Below, in pieces: positions 1 to 18,200 of a stretch of 64,000 nt of DNA (position 1 is its first letter; every line of letters starts with the position of its first letter). A model generated the notes under the pieces. The model had not been told where the DNA came from and searched no databases. It saw nothing but the letters and a program-made list of their open reading frames with translations. Source of the stretch: Octopus vulgaris (Eukaryota). Position numbers and translations under genes: made by a program. The stretch is from contig OX597816.1 in assembly GCA_951406725.2 (NCBI GenBank), positions 153,760,001 to 153,824,000 of the forward strand. The letters are read 5' to 3'.

Positions 1-3000
1 GACAAGTTGCACAAAGACATGTCACTCAAATGTCACCACTTTGCATCACAGTCATATGCCGGTGCATCAGCTTTTCAGTGCATACCTTCACATCATTAGC
101 CATAACATTTCAAAACAGCCACAGAGTGAGCTAGGCAACTGGTGGATTTCCTGACAAGGAGAACCGGTGGTGGCAGAAAAGAATATATCAAGGTCAGTAT
201 GTGAGTGGAACTCATATTTTAGAGAAATTAAACAAGATACATGGTAACTTGACTTGCTAGGCATAGAAGCTAAATCTTTAGTAGGAGAAAACAGTTGATA
301 ATTCCCGATATTTGATTGATACTTTTATCAACTCCAAATGAATGACAGACAAAGTTGACCCATGTGGAAGTTGATATAGAGATGTAGTATAATACCCAAG
401 TCTTTCTGGCTGTCACGCTCCAATTCTGACCCCTAACACTCTTAATAGTCATGGTTGATTTCTGATGCAAAGCCACATTTTTCATGTTGAGGTACAGTTA
501 GCTTCTCTAGTTGTAAGATGAAGGGTGATAATTGAAAATAGCTTCTATTATTATCAGTCCTATTTTTCTATAAAAACTATGTGGTCATAATTCTCCTCCA
601 GCATTATTTTTTTACAGCCCTTTTTTAATAATGATCACTGTCATGGTCAGAACAGAACAGTACTTTCATATATTGAAAGGAGAACAAGTGTTACACCAGC
701 AACAGATTTAACTATGATGTGTAATGTGGAGTTACTTGAACTGAACCTAATACTTTACTGGTAGTTAATTTAGTCAATTGCAAAGGTATGACAAGCAGTG
801 TCAACCCAAATCTGAACTTTAAAAAAAAAGAAAAAAGAAAAGAAAAAGGGACATAACTAAATACAGTTTCTGCAATCCATCACTCAACACAGATAATCAA
901 TAAATGATAAATAAATCAAGTTCTCACACATTGATACAAGACCGTGGACGTTTATGGGAGTTACAGGCAACTGAAAGAACTTCAGTCCTGGCTCAGTATA
1001 TATTTACCCTAGTAGGATTTGAACTCATAATAAAGAGGGAATTACTAAATATTGTTTCTTTTACTACACTACATAATAATATTTGATTTCTTTATTTTGC
1101 AAACAAAGGCAATAAAAAGAAATGATAGCATAAAAAATGTAGAAAAAATGCAAACTATGAGGCTCTTGGAACTAAATCAGGTGACAAGAGAAAAATGAAG
1201 GAGTATCTGGTTCTCAAGCAAAAGATAGAATTGGTCAAGATAATTAAGAAAAAAAAGTGGAGTAGCTGCAGTAACCCAGGTTGAATTTGAATGAAAAGGG
1301 ATACAAATAAGACATGTAATCTTGTGCTCTACTATTTCTGCTATTCTATTACCTGTGTTATATAATTCACACTCTACAATAATTTCTAATTTAGGTACAA
1401 AGCCAATAATTTTAAGAGGAGGAGTTAATCAATAATACTGACCATCCATCTCATGCCAGCATTGGAAACAGATGTTAAACGTGATGATGATGATGATGAT
1501 GATAACTGACCCTAATACTTGACTGTTACTTTATTTTATTGATCTCAGAAGGATGAAAAGCAAAGTTGACTTTGGCAAGATATGAATTCAGAATGTAAAG
1601 AACTGTAACTAAATACAGCTATGCATCTTGTCTGAAGCTCTAATAGTTTTGCCAATTCTCCACCCTTTGATAATGATTTCTCCCATAGGCACAATGCCTC
1701 ACATCTGGCAGAGAGATTATTCAGATAAATCAATAACTGGCATTGTTTTATTGACTTTAATTATAATAATAACACTGACAGATGCAATAACATACATTTT
1801 GAAAAAGAAAGAATTTTACAAATAAACGTCATCATTAACATCATTGTCTAAATACTCTTTTTTTTTATGCGAGTGCTGATGGCAATCCAGTATTTCTAAG
1901 CAAACAGTTCTGCATTAATGCAATTTACATTTTTTTATGTAAAAAGATGTATGTGTATTAATGTCATCACTGAAGAATGAAACTTGCTCCAATCTAGCAA
2001 ATAAATTTACTGAACTTGATGACATGTGACTTCAAAATATAGTGTTCAAATAGCAATAATTATTCTTAAGTTAACTCTTACTGGCCTATGGTAATTGCTT
2101 ACTGTTTGAAACAAATTTAACATTTGGTTGTGGACCATTATAAAATGTGTAAAAGGACTTGTACACAAAAACACACACACAAGAAAGAGGGAGGAAAATG
2201 TACTGGAATTTGTATGTGACAGGTCATAAGAACATTTTTTTTAAATCAAACAAAATACGTTTGATTTGTCTCGTGATCAAGTTGCATAACTTCCTATGTG
2301 ACAGTGGAAGGGACGTAACTCTCATAATGATATTGGCATTAGGTCATAAATTTGTAAGGAACAATGATAGCCAATCCAGTATACTACCAACACTTATTTT
2401 GTAAATCCTAGTGAGCTGAAAGGCCATGTCAATCCCAACAGATTTTTAATTCAGAGTGAAAAGGACGTAACTGAATACTTTAATATATTTTAGTTCAGTA
2501 CTATTAATTTTTCCATTCCACTGCCTCTTTGTTTATTTTTTGAGTTGCTGGGTTTGGAAGAGGGTACAGTACCAATGATTGTCACAGGCCCAACAATACC
2601 AGTGAAATTGATGCTACTGAAAATCATTTTGAACCATTACAAGTCAGTATCTATGAAAAAAATATGAACAAAGATGTTCCAGAGGTTGATATTCTGAAGA
2701 GTTAGAACTAGTTATAATGGTTAATGTGTAGTCTTGGGAGATTGGGTATAATAAGGGTGATGAGAAGAAAAGAAAGATAAGTGACTGAAGAATGCTTGAG
2801 TAGAGGTGACATTAGCCCAGCTAGTTCCAAGAAGTAGGTGTACATAAGGCAGAGAGAGGGTACAATCAATACTTCATAATGTGTCTCACCTGAGCTTCGC
2901 AAACTGTCAATTTTTAAGGGGTTAGGTATCTTCTAGCTCTGAAGAAATGAGCTAATCATTGGAATACAGTTCTATGTTAAGAACGTTTTTTTATACTGAG

Positions 3001-4299
3001 GATTTCAGAAGAGATCCTCAGCACAGATGAGATTCAACATTTGGAATGATCAAGAGGACTCTATAGTTAGATGCTGCTTATGATTAAGTAGAGTGTAATG
3101 AAGGTTTTCTTGATATGAAGAGCATTTTTGATAATAGATTAGAAGAGCAGTAAAATATATTAATGCCTCTACATGAAGATCTCAATGTCGACTTCATATC
3201 ACTAAAACTTAAATAAAATGAATTTTTCCCCAAGTTAATAATCTCTAGTGTCATTGCATATCTGACAGACTATAAAAATATTTTTGTTTGTTGCTTTTTT
3301 TTTTAATAAAAGGAGGGTCATGATGTTTACTGTTTACCTACTAATTACAGGGTCATAAAACTCACCACCATAGCAATTATGTTATGTTTTTGAACTAAGT
3401 TTATAACAATGGAGCAGACCTATGATGAAAGGCATTCAAACTATGATCATCCTGTCTTTTTGGATATTTAAGAATATATTATTCAATGTGTTTCTTGTTT
3501 TTTTCATTACCAGATAGGGGGGATTCTTGGTTGCAGTTTCTAGCAGGTTGAGTTACTACATACAAGCACTCTTGTAGGTGCTTGGCTGTTTAGCCAACAA
3601 GGACCACAGAGTTCACTCAAACTTCATAGTTAAGTGATTATATATCTTTTAATCAATCACTGTTAATCACATAACCAGCTATGAAAAGAACAATTGTCTG
3701 CTCCATCTAAACCAATACCAACCAGGCTATATGAAAAAAAAATGGATACAAAAACGTTTTTAATATGAATTTTGCAAAAACTGAATAAGAATCTAATAAA
3801 ATATCAGTCAAAAGAAGGGAAGTAACTCAAAACTTCAAAACAAAGAAAAGGAAAGAAAATAAAGTGTGGTAGGAAAGTTGTAAAATGAAAACTAAAGAAG
3901 TAAAGAACAAACTGTATTATTCGTGTTTGAAAAAAAATTTATTTCCACTTCGAAACTACATACAAACGAAAAAAGAATTCAATGTTTTGCAAGAATTGGT
4001 CATAAAAAAAAAAAAAGAAAAAGAAAAAAAAAACAGCATTTTTCAACATGGAGTGTTTTAATCAACAGTATAACATTTATAAAGATTTTACTATTTTGCT
4101 TATCTTGCTACTTTACTAGATAGTGTTGACAGCAGAGTCAATAAGCTCTTTGATTGAAAAAAAAATGAAGAAAAGAAAAGGTTTAAGAAAGAAAAAAGTT
4201 TAAGAAAAGAAAATGAAAAAGAAAAAGAAAGAAAAAGAAAGCTCACCCATATTTGGGCATCACTAAACACCAAAACCCAACATCACATAGTGATATTCA

Positions 4300-7200
4300 G
4301 AGATTTTTGTATTATTTAAATTTTTATTTTGGCATTTTTGGTTTTTGTCTTTTTTTATTTATTTTTTTTTAGTTATATAAAGAAAATATAGGGACAGTAT
4401 GTATAGGGCAGGGTAGTATTTAGTAATTAATCAGGAGTTAGTGCAACCAAATCTCATCTATCAAGTTCAAAACAATTTTGTGGGGAAAGAAAGTGATCCT
4501 TTCCTCCTCTTTTGACTTAAGGGAGAATTCTAGTTTTAGTTTTGGAGATATTTCACCTGGCTTTAACAGTTTATAAATTTAAAAATGACCCCAACAACAC
4601 ATCATCTTATGAGTGTCCGTGTGTGATAACTGTATATTATTCCTGTTTTACCATAAAAATTTAGGGAGGGAGGGGAACAGAAATTACCCATTTTTTTATT
4701 TTCACTTGTTATAACTATGTATGCATACATATGTATATATATATATTTACACAAACATTTCTGCACACTAATACATATGGGTAAATATACATATACAAAC
4801 ACAGAAATTTCTCAGGGAAAACTTCCTCAAAAGTATGCACAGCTAGTTGACTAGTACCCAACCACCCTATGTCTGTCTCTCTCAACATTTTTCCTCAGAC
4901 ATTTTTCCAGTCATAAAGAATTTAAATAATGGATATGCATTCATCTTGCTGTAATTTGTGGACATCATGTAAAAAAAAAAAAAAATCAAATCCAATTTCT
5001 ATTCTTCAATGATCACTTTTATTCAAATCAAAATTTTATATTTGAACTGGTTTCAATTTCTACCTTTCTTTCAAATACCCATTTAAAAGAATTAGCCACT
5101 TTAGCCAATATATATATATATTTATATTATAAAAATATATTTTTTTCAGTTGAAAGTATCGCATATTGCATAATTTTGTAGAAATATTATTTCAATTTAT
5201 ACAGCATTATTTATTATCATGAAAATGCTTTATTTATTTATTTTTTTTATTATTTATACTCAATTTCTTATTCAATCTGGACATTTTTAAAATGGATGAA
5301 ATGTGATACTGACAAAGGACTGGATGGAAAATAATACATGAAACTCTTTAAAGAAATAACATTCTTTAAAACAATAGTAAAATAAGGAATGTATAAGAAT
5401 TTATAAAAAATAGGAGCAAAACAGAAGAAAATTAAGTAAAGAAGAAAAAATAACAATATTGTTAGCCATCAAAATATTATTTACTTTAACACATCTACAA
5501 TTTGGTTGAGAATCAACTTTTAACACACTATTATGTTTATAATTTTAATGATTTAATGAAATTCCACACATGAGAAAGGGCAAATGCTGACATTAACTAA
5601 GCAGAATGTGAAACAAATAGTTATGTCAAATTGTTTATTTATAAAACAAATATCTATTCTGTTCTGTTTAACTACACATCTGATATTTGGAGGGAGGTCA
5701 TGTTCAGTATATTACTAAATATCATTAGTTTTAAAGCCTACCAAAGTTCATTCTTGCCTTTCATTCCAGTGATAGAAATTAACAAAAAGAAGAATTCTAA
5801 TTTTTTCTTGTACCAATCAACTATGCCTCACTTTCTCTTCCCTACCCCCTTTACAACAAACATTGTGGCTAGTGTACATTACAATAAGAACAAGAAAACT
5901 CATATGCTGATCAATGATGCCAAAATTCTGGCTGCCTTGTTTACACTAACTCAGACAAAATACAAAACAGTGACTATAAAATGATGACTATAAAATAGTA
6001 AGTTGCACAGCAAACTGGATGAAACACAAACACTCAATGAAAACTTTAACAGTGTAGACTAGACTAAGGTGAAGATATATTCAGTGGAGATAGACTAATG
6101 TGCTCTCAAATGCTGGATTAGCTTCCTCCCAACTATAGCTTGCCATCAATCTCTTAATATTATCAACCAATGTATGACAAATATTGTATTGATAATAAGA
6201 AATTTGCTATGTCAGTAAGAGTTTGATATGGGTTAACAATTACATTCAATATAAGTCTATACTATTTGACATTAATAAAGGATCATTACTGGAGTTTAAT
6301 TTCTTCCATTTCACCACCACATAAACAAGACCAGCCCAACCTATTTTATTACGAAAAAAAGAATATTAAAGTTTCTTGTTTACCATTTAACCTTCTCAAT
6401 ATGTCAGTTAAATTTTCCTTTACAAACTATTTTTAAAATAGGAAACATGCAATAAGCTCTAAATCTTAATAAAATATGTCGCACAAAAACAAATCAGTTA
6501 TATCTAAAAACCCTGATCGATTGCTTTTTTCATCAGTTGTATCAATATTTGCTGAAGTAGGATTGGCTAGAGCTATACAACTATAACAAAATCACACACA
6601 GGCCAAAATACAGTTGGATAAATCAATAGGATAGTGAACAAACGAAGAAGACGATAGCTTATATCCTTTTCCTTAACAACTGCATTCTCTTTGGCCAACA
6701 CACTACCTAACTCATAAATAGCATAGTTACCTAGCCGGAGCAGGTAGCAATGGATAAGAATAACTCATAAGATTCAAAGGCTTCATTAGCTTGCAGCATG
6801 GATTAACACCTGCATATTCTATCATGGAAGTGTATGGTTCAGTGGTTAGAACATCAGGCTCACAATCATTGGACTGTATATTGTGTCTTTGAGCAACACA
6901 CTTTATTTAACACTTCTCCAGTTCAGTCACCTGTACAAATGAGTTATGTCACTGGCACCAAGTTGTATTGGCCTTTGCCTTCCCTTGGATAACATCAATG
7001 GCATGGAGAGGGGAGGTTGGTATGCATGAGTGACTACTGTTCTTCCTTACCCAGACTTGTGCCTTGAGGGTAACTTTCTTGGTGCAATCCCATGGTCATT
7101 CATGACCAAAGGAGGTCTTTACCCTTTATTCTATCATAAAGTGAAGAAATATCAGGCTTCCTTGCTCTACATTCACTACCATCATACTGTATAATTCTTT

Positions 7201-7316
7201 GTAAATAATTACAGAATTTGGTAAGTGCAGAATTTGGTGCTTGGGTAATTCCTAAAGTATTTTCAATTAATAAAAGAAATTTATATATGCATGCAAATAA
7301 CATTTGGCTGTTCAAA
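4300..7316 (-). other. Possible long 3'UTR / last exon of the AAK1-like gene
   Basis: Strong acceptor-like ctctttctccAG at 7317-7318. The region is TE-poor and U-rich on the minus strand, with AATAAA signals near 4323-4363 followed by a U-rich tract. Inference only. Confidence 0.25.
6826..7130 (+). mobile_element. tRNA-derived SINE (degenerate)
   Basis: A-box-like tggttcagtggttag, a central gtgtctttgagcaacacacttt motif and a 3' end in ...ctttacccttta. Confidence 0.6.
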
Positions 7317-9636
7317 CTGGAGAAAGAGTATTATTTGAAACCAATTACCTACTATTTGTGAATCTTCAGATAAGATTTTTTTATTGCCTGAAAGCTTACA
7401 CATAGCAAGAAACTGAGTAGTAACGGAGCACTATTCAGTTTCTTCTAAGTAAACTCTTACATATATAAAATACATACACAAACACACACACATGTATCAT
7501 GTGTGTGTGTGTGTATGCATATATATATACATACACACACATATATATATATACATATACACACATGTATCATATGTATACATATTTATGCATATAACAC
7601 ACACACACAAATACACAAATGTTATTCAAATTTCAAATGACACTCAAGTATCTTTTATTAAAACAGTACAATAAAGATATAAGTAAGTAGAGATTTCTTT
7701 CCACTAAGCACAAAGCCAATTCATAGTTTAGGGTTCATAGTCCAGCACACTAGTAGAAGACATTTCACTCATCTCCAGTAGGATGTCAATTCAGGGTAAT
7801 ATCAGACTTAGCTTTTTTTTTTACAGGTACAGTGTCTGAGCTGGTATTGTTATAGCTGAGATACCTGTAATCATTACTCTGCTTGATTAGAACTGAGCTG
7901 AGGCTATAACAACACTGACAGTAGTTGACCCAATTTCTTCTATAATCTGAGCATAAGAACAATTCCTGATGGAGAGGCATAGTTGATTTCAACATTGTCA
8001 ATATATTGTTTATGCACATTTTACTAACAATGCAGATATTGATTTGCAACATAGACACAAGGCTACAAAATCCAGTAGAGAATAGTCAATTATATTGACC
8101 CTATTACTTGATTGGCACTTAGGTTTGAACCCCTGAAATTCTGAACATACAGGGATGTAACTAAAGACAAGGTATTTCGTTTGCCATTCTACAGATTCTT
8201 CCAATCCACCGCTTTATAGTTGAAATATTATCAGCAATTACAAAAACACAGGTTACAGAAGAGAACTATAATTTAATAAAATTGGATATAATAGGGTCAA
8301 TTTCTAAAATTTTATATTACAAAATAATTACCATAAAAAAATAGTGTTATACAACAGATAACTCCTAATCAAGAACAATAAAGTTCAAAAAAATAATTTT
8401 CTTTTAATATAAATGGCAGTGAATTAGCAGAATCTTTCAGGCATTGGACCAAATGTGGTTTTTGTTCTGGCATTTTACATTCCAAGGTTAAATCTTGCTG
8501 ATCTTGATTTTTAGCCATCATCACTCTGAAGTCAGTAAAATAAAAGTTCCAGTCAAATACTGGAGTGCAAGCCTTTCTCCATCCCTCTATCATGTTTTGG
8601 ATATTCCACTTGGTCAAACGTCGGGGATGAGAGGGAATCTGTATTTATTTACAACTACATTAGTGAAATGTCTGATGCATGTTGATGTGATATCATACTC
8701 AATTTCAAATGAAAGCCATATGTAATTAGAGCTGACAATTGACTGAAAGACCTTAATATATCAGTAGAAAGGCAGAAAAACCCTATACTAAATTGAGCAC
8801 CTTACTGTTCTGGGTTCAATCCTGCCAGAGACAATTTTGATTTTTGTTTCATAGGATGCAGGGATTCAATAAAATGAAGTACCAGTAATATATTGCTTGA
8901 ATCAGTTGACAATGCTTTGCTCCAAAACTATCTTTAACTAGAACCACATTCCTTAGCAAACATGTAGTCAAGAATGCACAATCACTGTTTTGCAGCAAAA
9001 TAGTGACTACATCATCTATACTAACCTAACAGCTAGAATACACTCAGGAATCAACAATATAGGCTGGCACTCACACTTACATGTTGGTTTCCCAAATGCT
9101 CATGGTCATTACGGTGAGCTTAGTTTACACAAACTGTCAACATAAAGCATTTTTAATGTTGGTGAACTGAAAATTAAATAAAAGGTATGCCCAAGGCCTT
9201 AAATTAAGTTAAAGATAGCAATAAAACAAGAAGCACTTAAGTTACCAACATTTTGATTATTATCTGGTACAAGAAGCTGATCTTCAATATGGCTGATGAA
9301 CATATCTTGACAATCAATCATAGGCAATGATCAAATTGTGAAATCAATGCATGTGATATAAATTCATCAGTTAAGATACATATTATGTGGTGTCTACAAA
9401 AAGGACAGTACTGTAGTTATCATTTTGCTTGCTTTATAAAAATATACAGATAGATATCACAGTATGTTAGTAACAATATATATCGTTAACACAAAAAAAT
9501 CACATCAACATTGTCTATGGTGTCATATTCTGCATGTTTCATTGAAACTTGAGGGATGTATGATTCAATTTTCACTATGTGTGTTCCTTTTTCTACTTAC
9601 TCTTGACTCAAGAAGATAATCAATATATGTGAATAC

Positions 9637-9735
9637 CTCAGGCTGGTGGCAAAATCCCAGCAAGTCAAGTATGGGATGCAGATTCAATTCCAGGGTGGAG
9701 CCATTTCAATCATTTGTTCCTCACATCTGCATTAT
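9637..9735 (-). CDS. Candidate stop-containing exon B (DNADVRNK*, stop at 9710-9712)
   Basis: Preceded on the minus strand by a (TC)n polypyrimidine tract and cccAG; possible donor GAG/GTattc at 9636; GC-richer island. Confidence 0.33.
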
Positions 9736-11019
9736 CTGGGCACAATCAAGACAGTGGAGAGAGAGAGAGATAGTCTCTTCCAAATTGACTTCCCAACAAG
9801 GATTAATGGGATGTTTTCATTTACATTTCACATACACAAACACACACACACATTGCTCTGTATGCATATGTATATACAGATGTGTGTACATGTATGTGCA
9901 CACGCACTCACACAAACTAAGAAACGGAGATTTTACCAATTTAACCAAACTGAATAAATATCCAGCACTGATAAAATGTAATAAAATATCTCATAGAAAA
10001 TGTAATGCTTTCAGACAAGTTAATATTTTGTTGTAAGAATTATGCCACAGGATTTTGTCATGGAACAAAGTTGTCTAAAGATATATAGAGCATGGTTTAC
10101 ACATTGTGGCAGAATAATAAAAATACTTATATATAAACAAAAAAATATCGTTATTCACAAAATAACATATCTTAAGCATGAAACTGAAAAGAGGAGGCCT
10201 AACAAAGGGTATTTCTTTTTATCTGTCTAATATCACTTCATGAAAATATCAGCAGTTAATTCACTATCTTAAATTACATTACTGAACAAAAAATAGAAAA
10301 ACATGCTTTATTATGGGATAAAAAGTGCCAGAAAATATAAAAGCAAGATTACATCAGAGCCTTTGCATTACAACAAATATGACATAATTTGAATTCAAAT
10401 AATGAACTTCAAATTAACATATTAAAATTTTTATTGTTTCTATGAAAAAATATGTAACAACAGACAGATTTAATGACAATTATATTAGCAACAATAACAG
10501 AGGAGTTGCAGAATAGACAAAGGTTAAATGCAATGCTCTAAGATATCTTTGAAATTTAATGCTTAGGTCTGGGCCCTAGCTTCCTGGTGTTCAATACAAG
10601 AGATAAATTTCTCCTAGTTAGGATGTCAATCAATTTTATGTACAATTTCTAAATGATCTGCCATCTAGTTTCAAAATTTAAGTGAACTAAGATAGATAAT
10701 GTTAAAACAAAGTGTCCTATCCCAAAACATAATAAAATATATTAAAGCAACTAATTTTGAAGTCACAGCCATAATCAGTTCAATTATCTATTTTGCTTCT
10801 GCTGAATAAATAAGCTTACACTTTTGATGATATTCAATAGAAAAGAAATCCTTCATTCTTTTGTTAACTAAATCTACTTTAGTGCTGTAAAGTACCAACT
10901 ACACATCCTTTTTGCCCCCACCTTCTCATCACACATATACACTTCATAGGATCATTTGAATTAAAGTAACTCAATTTGCACATTCTTACTAAGTTACCAA
11001 TTCTGCTCTGACTACTGCT

Positions 11020-12600
11020 AGCCACAAATGTGCTTCAACACTCACCCTACTAAAGCAGCTAAGAGGATAACCACTACTACCTTCTTAATCCTTTATATAA
11101 CAAAAACCCACAACTGCCAAGACCCTCAAATGATTTATTTGTAACTGCACTTCAGCATTACACTGCAATGCCTACAAGAAACCTTCATGCATTGCATGGC
11201 CTGCAAGCTCTCAGCAAAAATTGCTGGCAGTCTTTTTTTTTTTTTTTTTTTGCTTACTTATCATTCCTGAACAAAGACAGCTCTGTAAATAGAACTCTTA
11301 CTGAAAAAGAGCCATTTTTTTCTGTGTGCCTTTGCACACACTCAAAATAAACAAAAAGTTAATGTCAAAATTCCTTTTGCATCATTACCACTTACACATT
11401 GTTACTAGGTACAAAAATTTCACCAATCACTCCAAATCAACAAGATAACTAACCCTAGCAATGGCTTTCCTATTTTCTTCCGTCAATTTCTATCCTCACT
11501 CAAATTTTCAACTTTTCTCTCTCTAGGAATCAACCTTAATGTATGGAAACACACTTCCAATATCTCAAAGGTGATGTAAACAATCATGAACAACCACCTC
11601 CTTCATCACTTTCAGACTCTCTTTTCTCACTGATTTCCAGTACAGTTTCTGCAGAGCCATGTCGAACAGAGACTCATTTTGCTATGTTATACAACAATGG
11701 GTACCAATGTTATTGGTCAACATCACTAAAATCTGGGATCAGAAATACCAACTTAAGCTGCCTATGGATTTCCTACATATCTCAAATCAGGAACCTACTC
11801 TCAAAGTGTTCCTTGGTACCTTGCACAAATGGGATCTCTCCAGCTCATTCCATCAACTATTGGTAACCTGTAAGTTATTATGCCTTTCACATGCTTACTT
11901 CCTGTTCCTTAAACGTAGCAACAAGTATGTCACTACTACGGTTTAATAACACACTTGCTGATACTTTTAAGTATATAAACTCCTACAACGATGATACTAC
12001 AGTCCACTTCTTTTTAACTTTTGACATCATCCACATAACACCTCATGTCAGATATGAACTATTCTCTTTCAGCAACAATCAGCAATTACACATACCAACT
12101 TAAGACTCTATGGTCTCTCATGGTGACATCATCCAGCTAGACTGCTTTAGAGTCATATAAAATTCCAATTTTACAAAACTCAAATGCATCTACATTATAG
12201 AACAATGCACAAATCTGGAATAGTTCTGCAGTGACATACACAAACAGATACCATGTCCAACTAAAAGTCATTCAGCTGATTGGTGGAAATTCTCTTACCA
12301 AAATGCTACAACCACTAGTGTATAGATATGTTGCTGTTTCATTCTTTCTCTTATTGCTACTACTACAGTCTCTGTTATTTTGAAATAGCAAGCGATATAC
12401 AACATCTATCCACTGATTCACTCAACCCTCCTCTTCCTGTCCTCCCTACCAAAATACTGCAGTCATCAAGACTTCTCTTGTTACCAATGTTTGTCCTGCA
12501 GATGTTGACCTACAAAAGTCTACACTGGACACAAATTATGTCCATCTCACCACTCCGTGAAGGACTACAAATGTCATGAATGCTGCTTCTCTTCTACTGA
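11020..12600 (+). mobile_element. Highly decayed LINE (L2/CR1-like) fragment
   Basis: C/A-rich coding-like composition with short overlapping ORFs; no intact motif recognised. Confidence 0.35.
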
Positions 12601-12738
12601 CTGATTTTTTAAAATGTGTCATTACCAGTAGTCAAATTAAAGTAGTAATGTTTCATTGCTCTTTATACTTGTGTGGAATTTCATTAATGCAAAATATAAA
12701 TGGCCAAAATATGTGACAAAAATATATAAAAAGCATAC

Positions 12739-12784
<46 letters not shown>

Positions 12785-12785
<1 letters not shown>

Positions 12786-13220
12786 CCTTTCTACTATAGG
12801 CACAAGGCTTGAAATTTGGGGGAGGGGACATTGACCCCAGTGCTCAAATGGTACTTATTTTATCAACCTTGAAGTGATGAAAGGCAAAGTTAACCTCAGC
12901 AGAATTTCAACTAAGAATGTGAAAAGCCAGAAAAAATGTTGCTCAGTATCTTGTCCAACACGTTAACTATTCAGCTAGCTCACCACCATAATAATAATAA
13001 TAACAACAACAATAATTTTGAACACCAGCACAAAGTCACACATTTGTAAAGGAGGGAATAACTCCAGTAGTTACCTAGTACTTGTTTTATGAATCTCTGA
13101 TAAAAGGGTTGAAGCATTAAGTAGACCTTGCAGCTTTGAAAGTCAGAATGTAGAGTGATATAACTAAAAACTACAAGGCAGCCAATATAGCACTTAAACC
13201 ATTTCTGTCACTCTACTACC
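12785..13220 (-). mobile_element. Two tandem tRNA-derived SINEs next to an (AAT)n tract
   Basis: Recurrent consensus ctttctactataggcacaagg...ggtacttattttatc...gatgaaaggcaaagt...gaatttgaactcag; (AAT)n at 12739-12785. Confidence 0.8.
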
Positions 13221-14474
13221 TTGCACAATTCATTATTATTATTATCATTATTATCATTATTATTATTATTGACAATGATGATAATAGTAATGAGCTTTAT
13301 TTTCTGTATCTGTTATGGTTCTAACACCAAACTAGAAGTTCATTATTTTGAATCAGTATTTCAAAATTTAGTTCTCAAATAAATCAAGATTAACTGAATG
13401 TTTATATATACATATACAAAGAATATGAAACAACATGTATAATCAGAGAGGTGCTAATATAAAAAAATGTGTGGGAAAATGTGTTCCCTAATACTTTCTC
13501 ATTTGTCAGGCTTTTAGATTGTAAGTTGTATGCCTCTATATTTATGTACATTTGCACTACATAAAATCACAACTTTATAACTGTATAGTATTGTTGTTGT
13601 TCAACCCAACATTGGCTCTGAACAAGTGGACTTATGATTAAAGGCATTTTAGCTAGATTTGGCCACTATTTCTAACAATTTCATAGAGGTGCCCCTCATC
13701 ACTTCTTTGGATCTCTTCTTGGGTGCAGGTTATACATATTGAGTTTGGTGAATTTTATTAACTGAGTTATGATACCAACACATTACAGATTACCTTAGAG
13801 CTTTTCTTTCTTTTTTTTTTTTTTTGAGGGGTGGGGCTCTTTGATAATTGTGTATGAGAGCTTGTGTTTACTTGTATAACATTTAAATCACTAGTTTCCA
13901 TGGATTAGTTTGTACTTTTGATAATTATGTGTCTGGATTGAAATAAAAGCATGAAACCAAACAGAACTAAAGTTAATATTACTTAGCACCAAAGCACAGC
14001 CATATGAAAAACAGTTCACTTCACAACTATATGGTTTCAGGTTCAATCCCATGGATAAGTGACTTCTACCATTTACCTCAGCTCAATGGAAAACTTATGA
14101 GTGAAATTTGGTAGATGAAAACTGCGTGGAAGCTCATCAAGGGGACCATTTCTGTTCTGAGCAGTACACTTGACCCATCACCCAGTCTAACAACATCATT
14201 TGGTTCTTGGACACCTTTAGCTGAGTTGCAAATATTAAGATCAGATCTCAGATCTGTGACAAACATTCTCCCAACCTCCCACCACACAAAGAAGTCCTGA
14301 AAAATATTATAAGTACTATTCTTCCTCCTCTAACTAAACACAAAAAAAATTTCATCCAAAATAAATACTACTAAATTCTATATTCATACCTACCATACAC
14401 ATATACAAATGCATACCACAATTCAGTTAATTTTTGTTGTCAGAAGATGATGATGATAATAATAATAATAATAA

Positions 14475-15070
14475 TGGCTTCAAATTTTGGAACATGGCCA
14501 GCAGTTTTTGAGGAGAGGGGGAAGTCAAATGCATCAACCCCAGTACTTGACTGGTACTTATTCTATTGATCCCAAAAGGATGAAAGGCAAAGTCAACCCT
14601 GACAGAGTTTCAACTCATATCATAAACATAGACAAAAATACTGCTAAGCATTTTGTCTGATGTGCTAACTTTTCTCCCAGTTTACCACCTTATTTGGCAC
14701 AAGGCCTACATATTTTCATTTTTTTTTAGTTTAAGTGGTAATTTGATTTCATTGACCCTAGTGCTCAACAGGTAATTATTTTATCAACCCCAAAAGGTGA
14801 AAGGCAAAGTTGACCTCGGTGGCATTTGAACTCATTTTGATTGATGCAGTAATAACCTGCCAGCTTACTGCCTTAATAATAATCCTTTCTACTATAGGCA
14901 CAAGGCCCGAAATTTAAGGGAAAGAGACTAGTAGATTACATAAATTCCAGTGTGTCACTGGTATTTAATTCAACTTGAAAGGATGAAAGGCAAAGATGAC
15001 CTCAGCACAATTTGAACTCAAAACATAAAGATGGACAAAATGCCATGAAACATTTTGCCCAGCGTGCTAA
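14475..15070 (-). mobile_element. Tandem array of three tRNA-derived SINEs (core ctttgcctttcatcc...gataaa..aagtaccag)
   Basis: Three copies of the same ~190-bp unit, partly separated by (AAT)n; B-box gagttcaaat on the minus strand. Confidence 0.85.
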
Positions 15071-15933
15071 TAACAATAATAGTAATATAGTAATATAATA
15101 TTAATAATAATAATGATGTATATCAGTACACACAACAATCCTAATTTATCTAGGAGTGTGGACAGTTGATGAAAATAAAATTTATCAAAATATTTAACAC
15201 ACACAAAATTCAAACAAAGTAACAGTTAATCAAATTACAGCAAATACGAAAATAATTTCCTTTTCTAAAAAAATTTACTGTAACACCTTATTAAAATAAT
15301 AGTTTTATATTTAAATATTAAAACTAGTCTAACTTAAGTGTATCATATGTTTATGTTGACAATCTACAAACTAGAATTTGTTTCTTTCACGGTAAGCATA
15401 AACATTATAGGCACACACACACACGTGTGTGTGTGTGCATACATGCACAGTTACCATACAGTGAAATTATAATGTGCATTATAATTTTGCTGAACGGATA
15501 AAAAGGAGAGGATAAAAGCACCACCATTTTCAAATACTGATTCAGTTACCACACATTTTGAACTAGTCATCATAAAAGTGATAGCGATATTAACATAAAC
15601 TACACCGGGTTTTCAAACAAAAATGAGACATACACACTGTATAACATTTTAATATATAAAAAAAAATTATTTTAATATAACATTCCTTTAACTTTTTACT
15701 TTATTTTGAATATTTGCTATAAAGAGATAAATTAGATAAATCGATTTTGGAGGGTTAATTGCTCTTCATGACTTGCATTTTAATGAATTGTTTCTTAAGA
15801 ATTAACACCAAACAAATAATCTAATAGATGACAGTTTAACTACATTTAAATGATGACCATTTATATCAAGGGATATTTTTCTGTACACAAAGAGTTATTT
15901 TAAAGAATATTTGCAGATAAAACAATGATTTTA

Positions 15934-18200
<2,267 letters not shown>

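Noticed and set aside
9629-10036. Plus-strand ORFs of 135 and 103 aa
   Set aside because: They run through GA/CA microsatellites and have no recognisable domain; splice signals favour the minus strand.
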